This document shows, piece by piece, positions 45,230-55,625 of a DNA stretch of 64,000 bases. A program made the position numbers and the translations under genes. Origin of the DNA: Nitrosopumilus sp. (GTDB lineage Archaea > Thermoproteota > Nitrososphaeria > Nitrososphaerales > Nitrosopumilaceae); NCBI GenBank assembly GCA_965249555.1, contig OZ252243.1:192001-256000 (forward strand), read 5' to 3'. How positions within the stretch are numbered: position 1 is the stretch's first letter; every line of letters begins with the position of its first letter. Under the pieces are notes generated by a model. That model worked only from the letters and a program-made list of their open reading frames with translations, did not search any database and was not told the origin of the DNA.

Positions 45230-45670
45230 CTAAGTTCTTTTATCTAAATCATTCATAAGATCAGATAATTTATGTATAATTCCAGTCAACTGCTGTAAGT
45301 ATTCTGAGTGCTCCGGTGATGGAATTGCAAAAATGTCTTTTCCTTTTGTCATGGAACCTTGAAAGCATTGGTTAAGTTGCCCAAATGATGTTTTTTCATG
45401 TTTAATTATTATTACTAGTGCTCCAAACTTTCCAGCACCTCCATATGGCTCCTCCCAAGCTTTGATGTCTGTATAGACTAATACTGGGCACGATTCAGAT
45501 AATCTAAATTCTATTATTGGCATTACATCATTTGATGTTATGATTATCCACCATTCTTCACTTCTAATGTATGAATGAATAATTCCAAAGATTTCTTCTT
45601 GTTTTACTTCTTTTGGATTTAGTTTATACATTATTCCTTCAACCCTCTTACTTTGGTATAAATTTGACAT
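45230..45670 (-). CDS. Hypothetical protein
   Basis: 146-aa ORF. Confidence 0.65.
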   Translation of the reverse strand: MSNLYQSKRVEGIMYKLNPKEVKQEEIFGIIHSYIRSEEWWIIITSNDVMPIIEFRLSESCPVLVYTDIKAWEEPYGGAGKFGALVIIIKHEKTSFGQLNQCFQGSMTKGKDIFAIPSPEHSEYLQQLTGIIHKLSDLMNDLDKRT

Positions 45671-45808
45671 AATTTGAGACTAACATCCACAGTATACCTG
45701 GGCTCCCCATAACAACAGTTTTAATCAAATGCATATTTACTGATGTTATATATACATAATTGTATATGTACATAAATACATATATACATAAATGTACATA
45801 TTATTATT

Positions 45809-46090
45809 ATGAGTGCAAGTACTGTTCTACGTAGACCTCACAGTCCAAATCTTGATACAATTGAGATGATTGAACAAACAATTGAGAAAAATCATGATTT
45901 TCGAACTGTAACTGAATTGTATCATGCATTGCCCCGTGGTGTACAACATGCTACTTTCAAGAGAGTTTTGGGTTATTTGGAAAAATCAAACAAAATATCG
46001 TATGACAACAATGGTGCAGTATTTTGGATCTTTGCTGGAGATAATCCTGGTTTGGCTTTTCTAGAAAAAAATTCTATCCAAAGAAAATAA
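45809..46090 (+). CDS. Winged-helix-like small protein
   Basis: TVTELYHALPRGVQHATFKRVLGYLEKSNKI. Confidence 0.6.
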   Translation: MSASTVLRRPHSPNLDTIEMIEQTIEKNHDFRTVTELYHALPRGVQHATFKRVLGYLEKSNKISYDNNGAVFWIFAGDNPGLAFLEKNSIQRK

Positions 46091-46207
46091 TCAATCTAGT
46101 TATTTTAGTGAGTAAAATACCGGAGAGCCGACTTGGTCTCTCCAGTCCTTTAGCTCAGAGACCTAACGAACAACATACATTATAAAAGCACAAGAAAGAA
46201 TTCTAGG

Positions 46208-46981
46208 CTAAAATCCAAAGATGGTTGCACCATCAGATATAGAATCAAAAAACAGTTTCGCAGCAGCTATCAAGATTACAACAGATACTATAATTTTCAA
46301 ATATCTTTCTTTGATATCTAAAGATAATCTTGCGCCAACTAATCCACCAAGAAAAGAACCTATTGCTAAAAATCCTGCCTGCGTAAAATCAGGATGCCCC
46401 AATACACTATGAGCTATCACCCCAGATAATGATGCAAATAACAAAATCATTTGAGAAGTAGGAGCAGCTTTTTTCATTGCCATCCCCATTCCGACTACCA
46501 TTAGAGGCACAAAGATTATCCCACCACCTATTCCAAAAAATGAGGAAATTATTCCTGCAAAGAAACTAGCACCTATTGCAAAAACCATCATCTGTTTGGA
46601 TATTGTTTTTTCTCTAGTCTCAATTTTTTTTCTCAAAAATATGTAAGCTGCAGATGTAATCAATACAAAGCCAAATAATATTTTAAAAATATCAGGAGCT
46701 ACATCTGTAGAAATAACTGCACCAAGAATGGTTCCAGGAATTGCAAGTAATCCAAGTTTTAGACCTAATGAATATTCAATTCTTTTTTGTCTAGAATATG
46801 AAATAGTTGATGCAATGGCATTGCTTAATGCAGCAAAAAGACTGTTACTTGCAGCAGCTGTTGGAGAAAATCCCAGAAAGGTCAATACAGGGACCACTAT
46901 AATTCCACCACCAAGACCAATCATAGAACCCAATACTCCTGCAACAAATCCCAGAGGAATTAACCATAGATGATCAATCAT
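46208..46981 (-). CDS. Sulfite exporter TauE/SafE family protein
   Basis: GLGGGIIVVP and GIGGGIIFVP repeats, multi-TM. Confidence 0.9.
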   Translation of the reverse strand: MIDHLWLIPLGFVAGVLGSMIGLGGGIIVVPVLTFLGFSPTAAASNSLFAALSNAIASTISYSRQKRIEYSLGLKLGLLAIPGTILGAVISTDVAPDIFKILFGFVLITSAAYIFLRKKIETREKTISKQMMVFAIGASFFAGIISSFFGIGGGIIFVPLMVVGMGMAMKKAAPTSQMILLFASLSGVIAHSVLGHPDFTQAGFLAIGSFLGGLVGARLSLDIKERYLKIIVSVVILIAAAKLFFDSISDGATIFGF

Positions 46982-47021
46982 TGTAATCGCCAGTCAAAGA
47001 ATTTTGTTGTATATAATTAGA

Positions 47022-47672
47022 CTACTTTAGAATGATTAATGTATGTAAGATGGAATTTTCCTTAGATGTAACTTCCAAAGTTATTACAGAAGGTCCTAAA
47101 TCGTCAACCTGAGATTTGACATTACGTTGACCAGAATCATTGTAAAAACTATGAACAGCATCCAACCATGCAGAAATAGATTCAAGGTCATCATCAGATT
47201 TCTCTTCCTCCCAGCAGTCACAAACAAGTGTTTCAATCATTACCTCAATGACTGCAAGAACATCATCTTGGTTTGATTCCAAAGTTGTAGTTTCAAGATT
47301 AGCTATAGCCAAGATGGGAGAATTTGTATTACCACCCATGTTGATATTTCCCAATGGGTTTCCTTCAGAATCTATCACATTAGTAGTAGTGCAATAATTA
47401 ATTTTTTTTGAAAGTTTATTTTCAAAGATCATGCAGTATTTGTTTATAGTGTGATCAGTAATCGCAACAGGAATAGACACTGTGATATTTTGTTCAGATA
47501 AAGTGGTTTGAATTGTTTCAATATCATAATAAGTAAAACCTTGATCGTAAATTGATTGGGATTCAGAAGGCTCTTCAGAAACAAAGATCAATGAAAATGA
47601 AATAACTGCCGCAACGCCAAGTATAATTGGAACCAAAAATAAGTTCTTATTCATAAAACATAATTTTAGCAT
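47022..47672 (-). CDS. Membrane-anchored/secreted hypothetical protein
   Basis: N-terminal TM, acidic Cys-containing ectodomain. Confidence 0.7.
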   Translation of the reverse strand: MLKLCFMNKNLFLVPIILGVAAVISFSLIFVSEEPSESQSIYDQGFTYYDIETIQTTLSEQNITVSIPVAITDHTINKYCMIFENKLSKKINYCTTTNVIDSEGNPLGNINMGGNTNSPILAIANLETTTLESNQDDVLAVIEVMIETLVCDCWEEEKSDDDLESISAWLDAVHSFYNDSGQRNVKSQVDDLGPSVITLEVTSKENSILHTLIILK

Positions 47673-47694
47673 TACAAGATAAGTTTTTGCAATT

Positions 47695-48186
47695 CTAAAT
47701 TGAGATAATACTCAAAATGGAATCTTTTGTAATATTATTTTCTTCAATAAACCCCGAAGTAACCTCAAGAACATAAACTGATTCACCTTCAGGGATAATA
47801 CTTTGACAGGTTGTAATTTCTAATGCATTTTTACATGGAGGAACATTTTTTTCAATATGTACAACTTTTCCGTCTTGATCAAACCAAATCATATCAAGAG
47901 GAAATTGCATGTTAAGCATCCATAGAGAATGAAGCCCGGATTCTTGAAATACAAATATCATTCCCTGATCTAAAGGAAGTTGATCTTGAAACATCAATCC
48001 CCGAACGCGCCTGGGTTCAGTATCAGCAATCTGTACTTGAAGAGGAACATCATCAACTTTGATTGTACCCATAGGAAATTCAACTGATTCTAATTTGATT
48101 TCACTTGGAAGGGTAGCCAAACCAACAACCCCAACTATTACAGCTGCAATGAAAATAGGAAGTATTACCTGAGTCCTAGTTGTCAT
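47695..48186 (-). CDS. DUF192 family protein
   Basis: IADT..RGLMF..GMIFVF..WMLNMQFPLDMIW..YVLEV. Confidence 0.88.
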   Translation of the reverse strand: MTTRTQVILPIFIAAVIVGVVGLATLPSEIKLESVEFPMGTIKVDDVPLQVQIADTEPRRVRGLMFQDQLPLDQGMIFVFQESGLHSLWMLNMQFPLDMIWFDQDGKVVHIEKNVPPCKNALEITTCQSIIPEGESVYVLEVTSGFIEENNITKDSILSIISI

Positions 48187-48253
48187 AAGTTAATTTATCC
48201 AAAGTCCTTTTAAAATACGTACCTGAAAAAATTTTAGAAATCATATAATAATG

Positions 48254-48774
48254 TTAATTCGGTGGATTTTCTTTGTAAAATTTTACAGCCTCTGCTATTT
48301 GTCTAAATTCTAAGTCATCTTTGGTGAATGGCTTTAATTTTTTTCAATCAATATCTTCATAGCAAAACATCGCAATTAGGCTCAAATCTTCAAGATCTGG
48401 GTCTCTATTTGCCCTGAATTTTGTAACAATTAATACTTCCAAGCAAATTACATTAACAGTAGTGCCTTTTTTGTCTACTGAGATTGTTGCTCTTGTTTCA
48501 ATAATTGTCTCTAGCGGAATGTCATTTAATTCTCGTGAATCATGAACATCAATCTTATAGTTTCTAGGTGTGTATGTAACTTTTCCGTTTTTGACTATGA
48601 ATCTGTATTCTAAACTCAGAAATTCATCACGAGTTATTTGTTTGGCAACAACAAAATTCAGATCTTGTATTCTCTACTTTTTTTAGTATGTAAAAATACA
48701 GCTACTGCTCCAACAAAAGTTGCATCTCCCAAATCTTGTGTAATTAGAACCGCTTCTTCAATGTACGGATTCAA
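48254..48774 (-). pseudogene. AbiEii-like nucleotidyltransferase toxin, disrupted
   Basis: Read by hand: FVGAVAVFLH..RE(frameshift)QDL..KIDV..LIVTK..DLEDL; internal TGA; overlaps the upstream gene. Confidence 0.6.
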
Positions 48775-49438
48775 GTGACAAATCTTCCTGAACTTTTAGT
48801 AACATATCTATGGTAAATCTAGCTTTGATAGTAATTTTATCCCTATGTTTTAGTTGAATTGCAATTGCATCCATCATGCTTCTTCCTCCTTTTGCAACAC
48901 AATCTAGAAAAACTCTTTCTGTTAGATTTTCAAATGAACCTATCTTTGGAAGAATTATAATACTTCCTTTTGTTCCTTCTCTAAAATTATTTTCTTTTAA
49001 AAATTGAACTGTTTTTTCAACATCATCAACATACACATAAAGATCATGGGCAGATTGAAATTTTGTCATTTTATGTGCTGAATAATCTAATGTTATCATA
49101 GACTTTTTTGGTAAATTCTTCATCATAAAATCAATGTCAGATTGTCTATAGTACTTTCCAAATCTTCTTGCTTGCATAAATGCAGCAAATGATGGAATTA
49201 GTTTTTCTAGAATAATGAGTGGTTGTGCTATAACTTCTCTTTTAATAGTAAATTGTCCTCGATTATATTTTGCTAGTCCTATCTCTGTTAATTTTTTTAC
49301 TCTTCTACGAACGGTTCTTTCATGAACACATTTTGCAACCTCTTTTACTTTATAGATCGGTCTAGGTGGAAGCCCCTGAGCAAATTGTAACGCGTCTTTG
49401 TATCGTGTTAAAATTGATGCCATTTCTTGTTGTGTCAT
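48758..49438 (-). CDS. AbiEi-like HTH antitoxin/regulator
   Basis: N-terminal HTH (HERTVRRRVKKLTEIGL), C-terminal ERVFLDC; precedes the NTase remnant. Confidence 0.55.
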   Translation of the reverse strand: MTQQEMASILTRYKDALQFAQGLPPRPIYKVKEVAKCVHERTVRRRVKKLTEIGLAKYNRGQFTIKREVIAQPLIILEKLIPSFAAFMQARRFGKYYRQSDIDFMMKNLPKKSMITLDYSAHKMTKFQSAHDLYVYVDDVEKTVQFLKENNFREGTKGSIIILPKIGSFENLTERVFLDCVAKGGRSMMDAIAIQLKHRDKITIKARFTIDMLLKVQEDLSLESVH

Positions 49439-49812
49439 ATAGCATATACTGTATGCAATATACTTATAGTTTGGACAAATATATCCATTTGTATATATAT
49501 GACCTTCAATTATTATGCCCATATTTTCTCAGAATGATATTTTGCAGTTAGTGTTTGATGAGTTTGTTTTCCATATTTTCTCTCCAATCTATCTTTCTCA
49601 AGATCTATCTCTTCGTCTTTTCTATTCATGTTTAAGATATCAACAATTCCATCATCAATTCGTTTTTTTGCCCATTGTCTTAGGGTAATATTCAGTACTG
49701 TCTGCAAGTAATGCTACAGATTCTTTTGTAGGATTGTTAATAATTCTCTCATACCAATGACAGAAATAGCAAAGATGCATGGAGATATTAATTATGATTT
49801 ATAAGGAGAAAA

Positions 49813-50163
49813 ATGAGAATTGGAAATAAGGAGAAAGATATGAGTGTATTAGCTAATCAGGATATGTATAAGGAAGAAATAAAATTCGTCAAAAAATATG
49901 ATGAATTAGCAATGTGTACTCTAGATCAATTAAGTAAACAAAACCAACTAAAATTCAAAGAATTGCATAAAATTGTAGATACTTGTCTCGATGAAAAAAT
50001 AACGAAAAAAAGTTTCGAACAATGTGTTAGAGGAATGCTTTTGAAAGGATTGGTAATAGAAACATTTTCAAAAGATCAACAATTCAAAATCGAGTTATCT
50101 TCAATTGGTAAAGTAGTGCATAAAACAATTAAAAAAGACAGCAAACACTTAGCTACAATATAG
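49813..50163 (+). CDS. Winged-helix-like hypothetical protein
   Basis: LKFKEL..MLLKGLV..ELSSIG. Confidence 0.55.
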   Translation: MRIGNKEKDMSVLANQDMYKEEIKFVKKYDELAMCTLDQLSKQNQLKFKELHKIVDTCLDEKITKKSFEQCVRGMLLKGLVIETFSKDQQFKIELSSIGKVVHKTIKKDSKHLATI

Positions 50164-50165
50164 TC

Positions 50166-50558
50166 CTAAAACAAACCAAGGTTTTTGGCCCTTCTTTTTG
50201 TCCATGTGTGAATCATTTCAACTATTTCATTATAATTTGAATAAGAGTACTGCATCTTTATACCATCAACAAAAAGACCTGATGTGATGCAAGATGAAAG
50301 AATTTTTTTCTTGTTAGCATGTTTATCAATTAGAAAACCTAACTCTTCTTCAAGTCTTTTTTTACCAGATTTATTCAATCCAAATAAACCACAAATAAAT
50401 CCGATCTCAAATGTTAAACCAAGTAAATAGCCTTCTTTAGTAGATATCACAATACAAAGAAGTCTTTGCATTTTTAATAAATCTGTAAATTTATCAACAT
50501 GTGTGATTTGTTGTGCTTTCGCTTTTTCTTCTTCCATTACATATGTATTAATGCCCAA
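50166..50558 (-). CDS. Hypothetical protein, possibly a TIR/NDT-like fragment
   Basis: GLTFEIG motif; frame stays open upstream of the called start. Confidence 0.45.
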   Translation of the reverse strand: MGINTYVMEEEKAKAQQITHVDKFTDLLKMQRLLCIVISTKEGYLLGLTFEIGFICGLFGLNKSGKKRLEEELGFLIDKHANKKKILSSCITSGLFVDGIKMQYSYSNYNEIVEMIHTWTKRRAKNLGLF

Positions 50559-50794
50559 TTTTTTTAGATCGTTTTTGATACGAATTCTTCTATTTAATTC
50601 AGTTTTTGGAAAACTAGGTTCAAGAATTAATACATTAATTTTTTAATTGCTTTTTTGACTTTCATCATTGTTTTTAGCATGTTTTTTCTTTGGTTTTGAT
50701 TTCTTAGGTTGTTTTGTTTTTCTAGCTGAAGATTTTCTTCTAGTATGTCTCTTTTTATATCTTGTAACTTGTCTAGATCTGAAAGGATTGTATT

Positions 50795-53700
50795 ATGAGC
50801 ATCACATTAAATGAACAACAAGCAAAGGCTGTAAACCATAAGGACAGTGCTCTCTTAGTAATTGCAGGACCAGGTAGTGGGAAAACTAGAGTAATAGTAG
50901 AAAGAGTTGAGTTTCTTACAAAAAATGGAATTCCTTCAGAGAATATCCTCTGTCTTACTTTTACGCACAAAGCTACAGGTGAGATGAAAGATAGATTAGA
51001 AAAAAAAGGAATTGTGGATGCAACTGTTTCTACATATCATTCATTTTGTAGAGATCTATGTGCAGAAAATGCAGAAGTTACGGGTTTAGGAAAAGGAACG
51101 AAGATAATTCCAAAATCAAGTATGTTAGTATGGTGTATGAAAAATACTGATTCATTTAATTTTGATCCAAATGTTATAGATTTTTCAGCAGATCATATTT
51201 CAGTTTACACTGCGATGCATGAAGGGATTTCTAATTTTAAAGAAGAGATGGTAACACCTGATGATTTAGAAAAGTGGCTTGATGCAGAACAAAAGAGTTT
51301 AGATGAATTATCTGATGGAGAAAAAACAAATAGAACAAATCGTAGAAGACAAGAATATGTCTTAAAACATCGTGAATTCAATAAAGTATATAGAAGATAT
51401 GTAGAATATGAAAAAGAAAAAATGTTAGTTGATTATGATGACATGATAAACAAAGCAATCACTCTATTGAAAACAAATAAGACAGTTTTAGAGGATTGTC
51501 ATGAAAAATACAAATACATTCTAGTTGATGAATTTCAAGATAATAATTTTGCACAATATGAATTACTGAAACTTCTCTCAAAGGATGGAAATGTTACTAC
51601 TGTGGGAGATGATGATCAATTAATTTACAGTTTTCAAGGTGCAGATTCAAACAACTTTACAAGTTTTGAAGAACATTTCAAGCCTGTAGAAAAAGTTTTT
51701 CTTGAAGAAAATTATCGTAGTACAAAATGCATTGTTGATACTGCAAAACTACTTCTTCCAAAAAGTACTAGTAAGAAATTATACTCTAATTTAGAGCAAG
51801 GCGAGCCGGTTCATATAGTTAGACCAAATGATGATAAGGCAGAACTTGGGTTTGTTCTGAGAACTATACAAAATTTGGTTGGAACAAAATTCACTCATAG
51901 AGAGAGAGGTGAAACTACAATACAGTACAAAGATTTTGCAATTTTATCAAGAAAAAAAGAAACAGGTGACAAGTTTGCACAAATTCTAAAGTCATACAAT
52001 ATTCCATCAACATATGTTGGAAATTACAATATTTTTTCTAGTCCTTTCATTCATGAACTAATAGACTATCTCAAAGCTACTAGTTCTCCTAGTACAAACG
52101 GCCAAATTTTATACAAAATTATGGTGATGAGAGGAATTGAAGATATTAACATTCAACTAATTTTAAAAGAAGCATACAAAATTGCAAGAAACATTACTCC
52201 TGGGAAATCAGATTATGTTTATGAAAAAATGAAAGGATGTAATTCATTTGAGATAAAACAAAAACCTGAAGTCATGGAAATTATAGAATTAATTGAAAAA
52301 CTCCGAGAAGAAATGTCAAAGACTAGTTTGATAGAGTTTTTACGTAAAGTAACTTATGAAATGACAGGAATATTTCAGAGATGTCTAAAGATGGAGACAT
52401 TAGAAAGTAGACGAAGTGTTGCAATTCTTAATGCATTTTATGAATCTGCTGTGGAGTTTTCTGATCTAAATCCTGATGCAGACATTAAGGAATTTCTAGA
52501 GCACATTAGTTTTCTTAACAAATTTGAATTAGATTTTGAAGAGGCAACTACAGATGATGATAGTGTACAAATAATGACTATGCACAAAAGTAAAGGAAAA
52601 GAATTTCCAATTGTATTTATCCCAGAAATTGTTGATAGACGATTCCCACATGATTATAGAAATAGGAAATATTTTCCTCCAGATGGTTTGATTAAAGGTA
52701 TAGACAAGGAAAGGCATTCTAAAGAAAAACACATCCAGGAAGAAAAAAGACTACTTTATGTGGCTATGAGTCGTGCCCAGAATCGGCTTTATGTGCTTGC
52801 ACCTATGAGTTATGGAGATGTTGATAAGAAAGTTTCAATGTTTTTGACACAGATTGGATATGACAAAAATCCTGAAATTATGAAGTCTTATGATTACAGA
52901 GGAGAAGGAACACTTCAGGATACATCAACTGGATTCATAGAACGAATTACAAAAGAGAAACAAAAAGCTGCATCTATTGCAATAGATCAAATGTCAATTA
53001 CTACTGCAGCACATAAACTAATTGAGCTTGCACGAATAAAATATTTTGAAGAACATAAAAAAGATGATCCTGAATGTAAAAACTTTGATGCAATAAAAGT
53101 CTTTGATATTGATTTATCTCAAGTTTCACTAGAAGAAGATCTTGGTGGCAAAATTGTACCAATGTTTAATGAAAATAATCTTACACTATCTGCATCAAGT
53201 CTTAATACATACCTGACATGTCCATATCAATTCCAATTAAATAGAATGCGTGTTCCTGGGCCAAATAAGATCTATTTTGATTTGGGTAAATCAGTTCATG
53301 GAGCTATACAAAAAATATCTGAAGATAAGATTAAAGGTAAAGCACCAACTGTTAATGAAGCTGAAAAAATTCTTGATAACAAATGGATTTTTAGAACATT
53401 TGAAAGTGGTCAACAAGAATCTACTGTGAAAGATATTGCAAAGGAAATGATTGAGAAATATGTAGAGATGGAGAAAGAAAATAAGAATGAAATTGTTGGA
53501 GTAGAAAAAGAATTTACAATAAAAAGAAAAAATGTTACTATTAATGGCACAATAGATAGAATAGAGAAAAATGATGAAGGGGAATTTGAATTATTTGACT
53601 ATAAGACTGGAAAGACTATGATGAAACCTGTAGAATTGGTTTCAGATGTACAACTAAATCTTTATGCTGCAGCTATGAAGGAGATTTCCAAATATGGGAA

Positions 53701-53902
53701 ACTTCCTGTAAAGGCCACTTTGGTGTACCTTAGAAAAGAACCTGTTTCTACTGCTATTTCAGAGATGAATGTTAATTTGGTTATGAATATTGTAGATGAG
53801 TCCATAGATGATATTTTAGAAGGGAAATTTGAGGCTACTCCATCCAATAACGCCTGTAGAAACTGTCCGTACAAGAATATGTGTGAGTTTGCAGAATGGT
53901 GA
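50795..53902 (+). CDS. UvrD/PcrA-like helicase fused to a PD-(D/E)XK nuclease with four Cys (AddA/Adn-like)
   Basis: AGPGSGKT, LVDEFQD, GDDDQLIYSFQG, ENYRS, MTMHKSKGKEF, LYVAMSRA, GTIDRI..DYKTG, CP..CRNCPYKNMC. Confidence 0.92.
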   Translation: MSITLNEQQAKAVNHKDSALLVIAGPGSGKTRVIVERVEFLTKNGIPSENILCLTFTHKATGEMKDRLEKKGIVDATVSTYHSFCRDLCAENAEVTGLGKGTKIIPKSSMLVWCMKNTDSFNFDPNVIDFSADHISVYTAMHEGISNFKEEMVTPDDLEKWLDAEQKSLDELSDGEKTNRTNRRRQEYVLKHREFNKVYRRYVEYEKEKMLVDYDDMINKAITLLKTNKTVLEDCHEKYKYILVDEFQDNNFAQYELLKLLSKDGNVTTVGDDDQLIYSFQGADSNNFTSFEEHFKPVEKVFLEENYRSTKCIVDTAKLLLPKSTSKKLYSNLEQGEPVHIVRPNDDKAELGFVLRTIQNLVGTKFTHRERGETTIQYKDFAILSRKKETGDKFAQILKSYNIPSTYVGNYNIFSSPFIHELIDYLKATSSPSTNGQILYKIMVMRGIEDINIQLILKEAYKIARNITPGKSDYVYEKMKGCNSFEIKQKPEVMEIIELIEKLREEMSKTSLIEFLRKVTYEMTGIFQRCLKMETLESRRSVAILNAFYESAVEFSDLNPDADIKEFLEHISFLNKFELDFEEATTDDDSVQIMTMHKSKGKEFPIVFIPEIVDRRFPHDYRNRKYFPPDGLIKGIDKERHSKEKHIQEEKRLLYVAMSRAQNRLYVLAPMSYGDVDKKVSMFLTQIGYDKNPEIMKSYDYRGEGTLQDTSTGFIERITKEKQKAASIAIDQMSITTAAHKLIELARIKYFEEHKKDDPECKNFDAIKVFDIDLSQVSLEEDLGGKIVPMFNENNLTLSASSLNTYLTCPYQFQLNRMRVPGPNKIYFDLGKSVHGAIQKISEDKIKGKAPTVNEAEKILDNKWIFRTFESGQQESTVKDIAKEMIEKYVEMEKENKNEIVGVEKEFTIKRKNVTINGTIDRIEKNDEGEFELFDYKTGKTMMKPVELVSDVQLNLYAAAMKEISKYGKLPVKATLVYLRKEPVSTAISEMNVNLVMNIVDESIDDILEGKFEATPSNNACRNCPYKNMCEFAEW

Positions 53903-54224
53903 GAGATTCATTTAGTTCTAACGTTGGAACAAAAAACTTGGCATTCTATAGTGAGGATAAGATGGAAAAGAAAACTGGAACAATGGGAATAACGATCGTA
54001 TGTATCAAGCACTTTAGATGTATTCTATCATTTCAGAAAACATGTTCAATCCCCTAGTTGTATGATGATTTTTTCATGACCACAATCTGACATGTTTTAT
54101 ATGATGATTTAGTTGATCTTAGATCTTTTTGTGTAATGGTATTGATTTGTGCGTAAAGGTTGATACATACTAACGATCAAACTTAATACTGTGAAATTCA
54201 AACTAAATACCTCTAGGTGTAATC

Positions 54225-55625
54225 ATGAGTACTGAAGAAATTAATGAAAATGAAATACATGAAGATTCAAATAGAAAAAAATATTTTGAAGAGCTTTGGG
54301 AGAAAACTTCAACTGTACAAGTTACAGTAGATAATGAAACAGGACCAAAATATTTTGAAGTATTCTATAAATCAAATACCGAAATGGATCGTTTACCTGT
54401 AAAAGAAATTCCTATCGATATAGATAAAAACACAGGTCTTTGGTATAATCCTTTCAATTCAAGAATTTTAGCTTACAAACTAAGAAAAGAATCTGAATTA
54501 GAAAAAAGTGGAGATGACAGAAAATTATCTGCACAAATTAAAGAAGATAGAGAGTACATACAACAAGTATTACTTGAAAGTGCATTTTATTCAGGTAAAG
54601 CGACAGAAGATCTTGAAAAAGAATTAGAAGAGACAGGACAAATAGATCCTGCAATTATCTCTGCAGACGGAATAATTTGGAATGCAAATCGTAGAGTTGC
54701 CATTAGACAAAAATTATTTAAACAAACAGGAGATCCAAAGTGGAATACAGTAGAAGCTGTCAGATTACCAAGTCTGTCATTCAAACAGCTAAAGCAACTT
54801 GAACATCGTCTTCAAATGGCTAAAGAATTTAGAGAAGAATATGGTTCTGTGAATTTACGATTAAGATGTAGGCAAGCGACCAATCCCCCTGAAAATTGGA
54901 CGATGGCAGAATTACGAAATTCATTTCATTACAAATACTCTAAAGCGGATATAAAGAAATTCATTGAAGAGATTGATTTAATCGACGAATTTTTAGAATT
55001 TGCAAAAGCACCTTCAGATTATCCATTAATTGAACAAAAAGCCAAAGGCAGGGGGGTTGAAATTTTTACTGCATTAAATGATCAGATAAAATGGGAAACA
55101 GAACACTATACAAAGGAGGAAGATGAAGCAAATAGAGAGAACATAAAATATATAGGTTTTTCAATAATTCACAATAAAAACACAACTTACAAAGATGTTA
55201 GAAATTTTAGAAATATTTTACGAAAAGAGGTTACAAGAAAAGCTTTCTTAGAAAATTCCGTGATTTATAAAAACCCTACAGAATACATTATCACAACAGA
55301 TGACTCTGCACCTCTTGCATTAAAACCTGAAACAACTCAAGAAGAATATAATAATTTAGAGAAAGAGATGGCAGTTTACGAATCTCTGGAAAATACACCT
55401 ACTGAAGTTACTACAGAAGTACTGAAAAAATTATTGAGCATTGTTATGGATCGAATTGATTCTAAAGATGAAGAATTTAAAAAGAGTGCATTAGGTGTTG
55501 TTGAACGTATAGACACATTGATTTCTAAATGTGACTTTACGGAACAAGAGGCTAATAATTTTACTGTTATAATAAAAAATCTTGCAACAAAATTTGGTTA
55601 TGAATTAAAATCAAAATCATTATGA
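54225..55625 (+). CDS. ParB/Srx-like domain protein
   Basis: YNPFNSRI, GQIDPAIISADGIIWNANRR. Confidence 0.6.
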   Translation: MSTEEINENEIHEDSNRKKYFEELWEKTSTVQVTVDNETGPKYFEVFYKSNTEMDRLPVKEIPIDIDKNTGLWYNPFNSRILAYKLRKESELEKSGDDRKLSAQIKEDREYIQQVLLESAFYSGKATEDLEKELEETGQIDPAIISADGIIWNANRRVAIRQKLFKQTGDPKWNTVEAVRLPSLSFKQLKQLEHRLQMAKEFREEYGSVNLRLRCRQATNPPENWTMAELRNSFHYKYSKADIKKFIEEIDLIDEFLEFAKAPSDYPLIEQKAKGRGVEIFTALNDQIKWETEHYTKEEDEANRENIKYIGFSIIHNKNTTYKDVRNFRNILRKEVTRKAFLENSVIYKNPTEYIITTDDSAPLALKPETTQEEYNNLEKEMAVYESLENTPTEVTTEVLKKLLSIVMDRIDSKDEEFKKSALGVVERIDTLISKCDFTEQEANNFTVIIKNLATKFGYELKSKSL

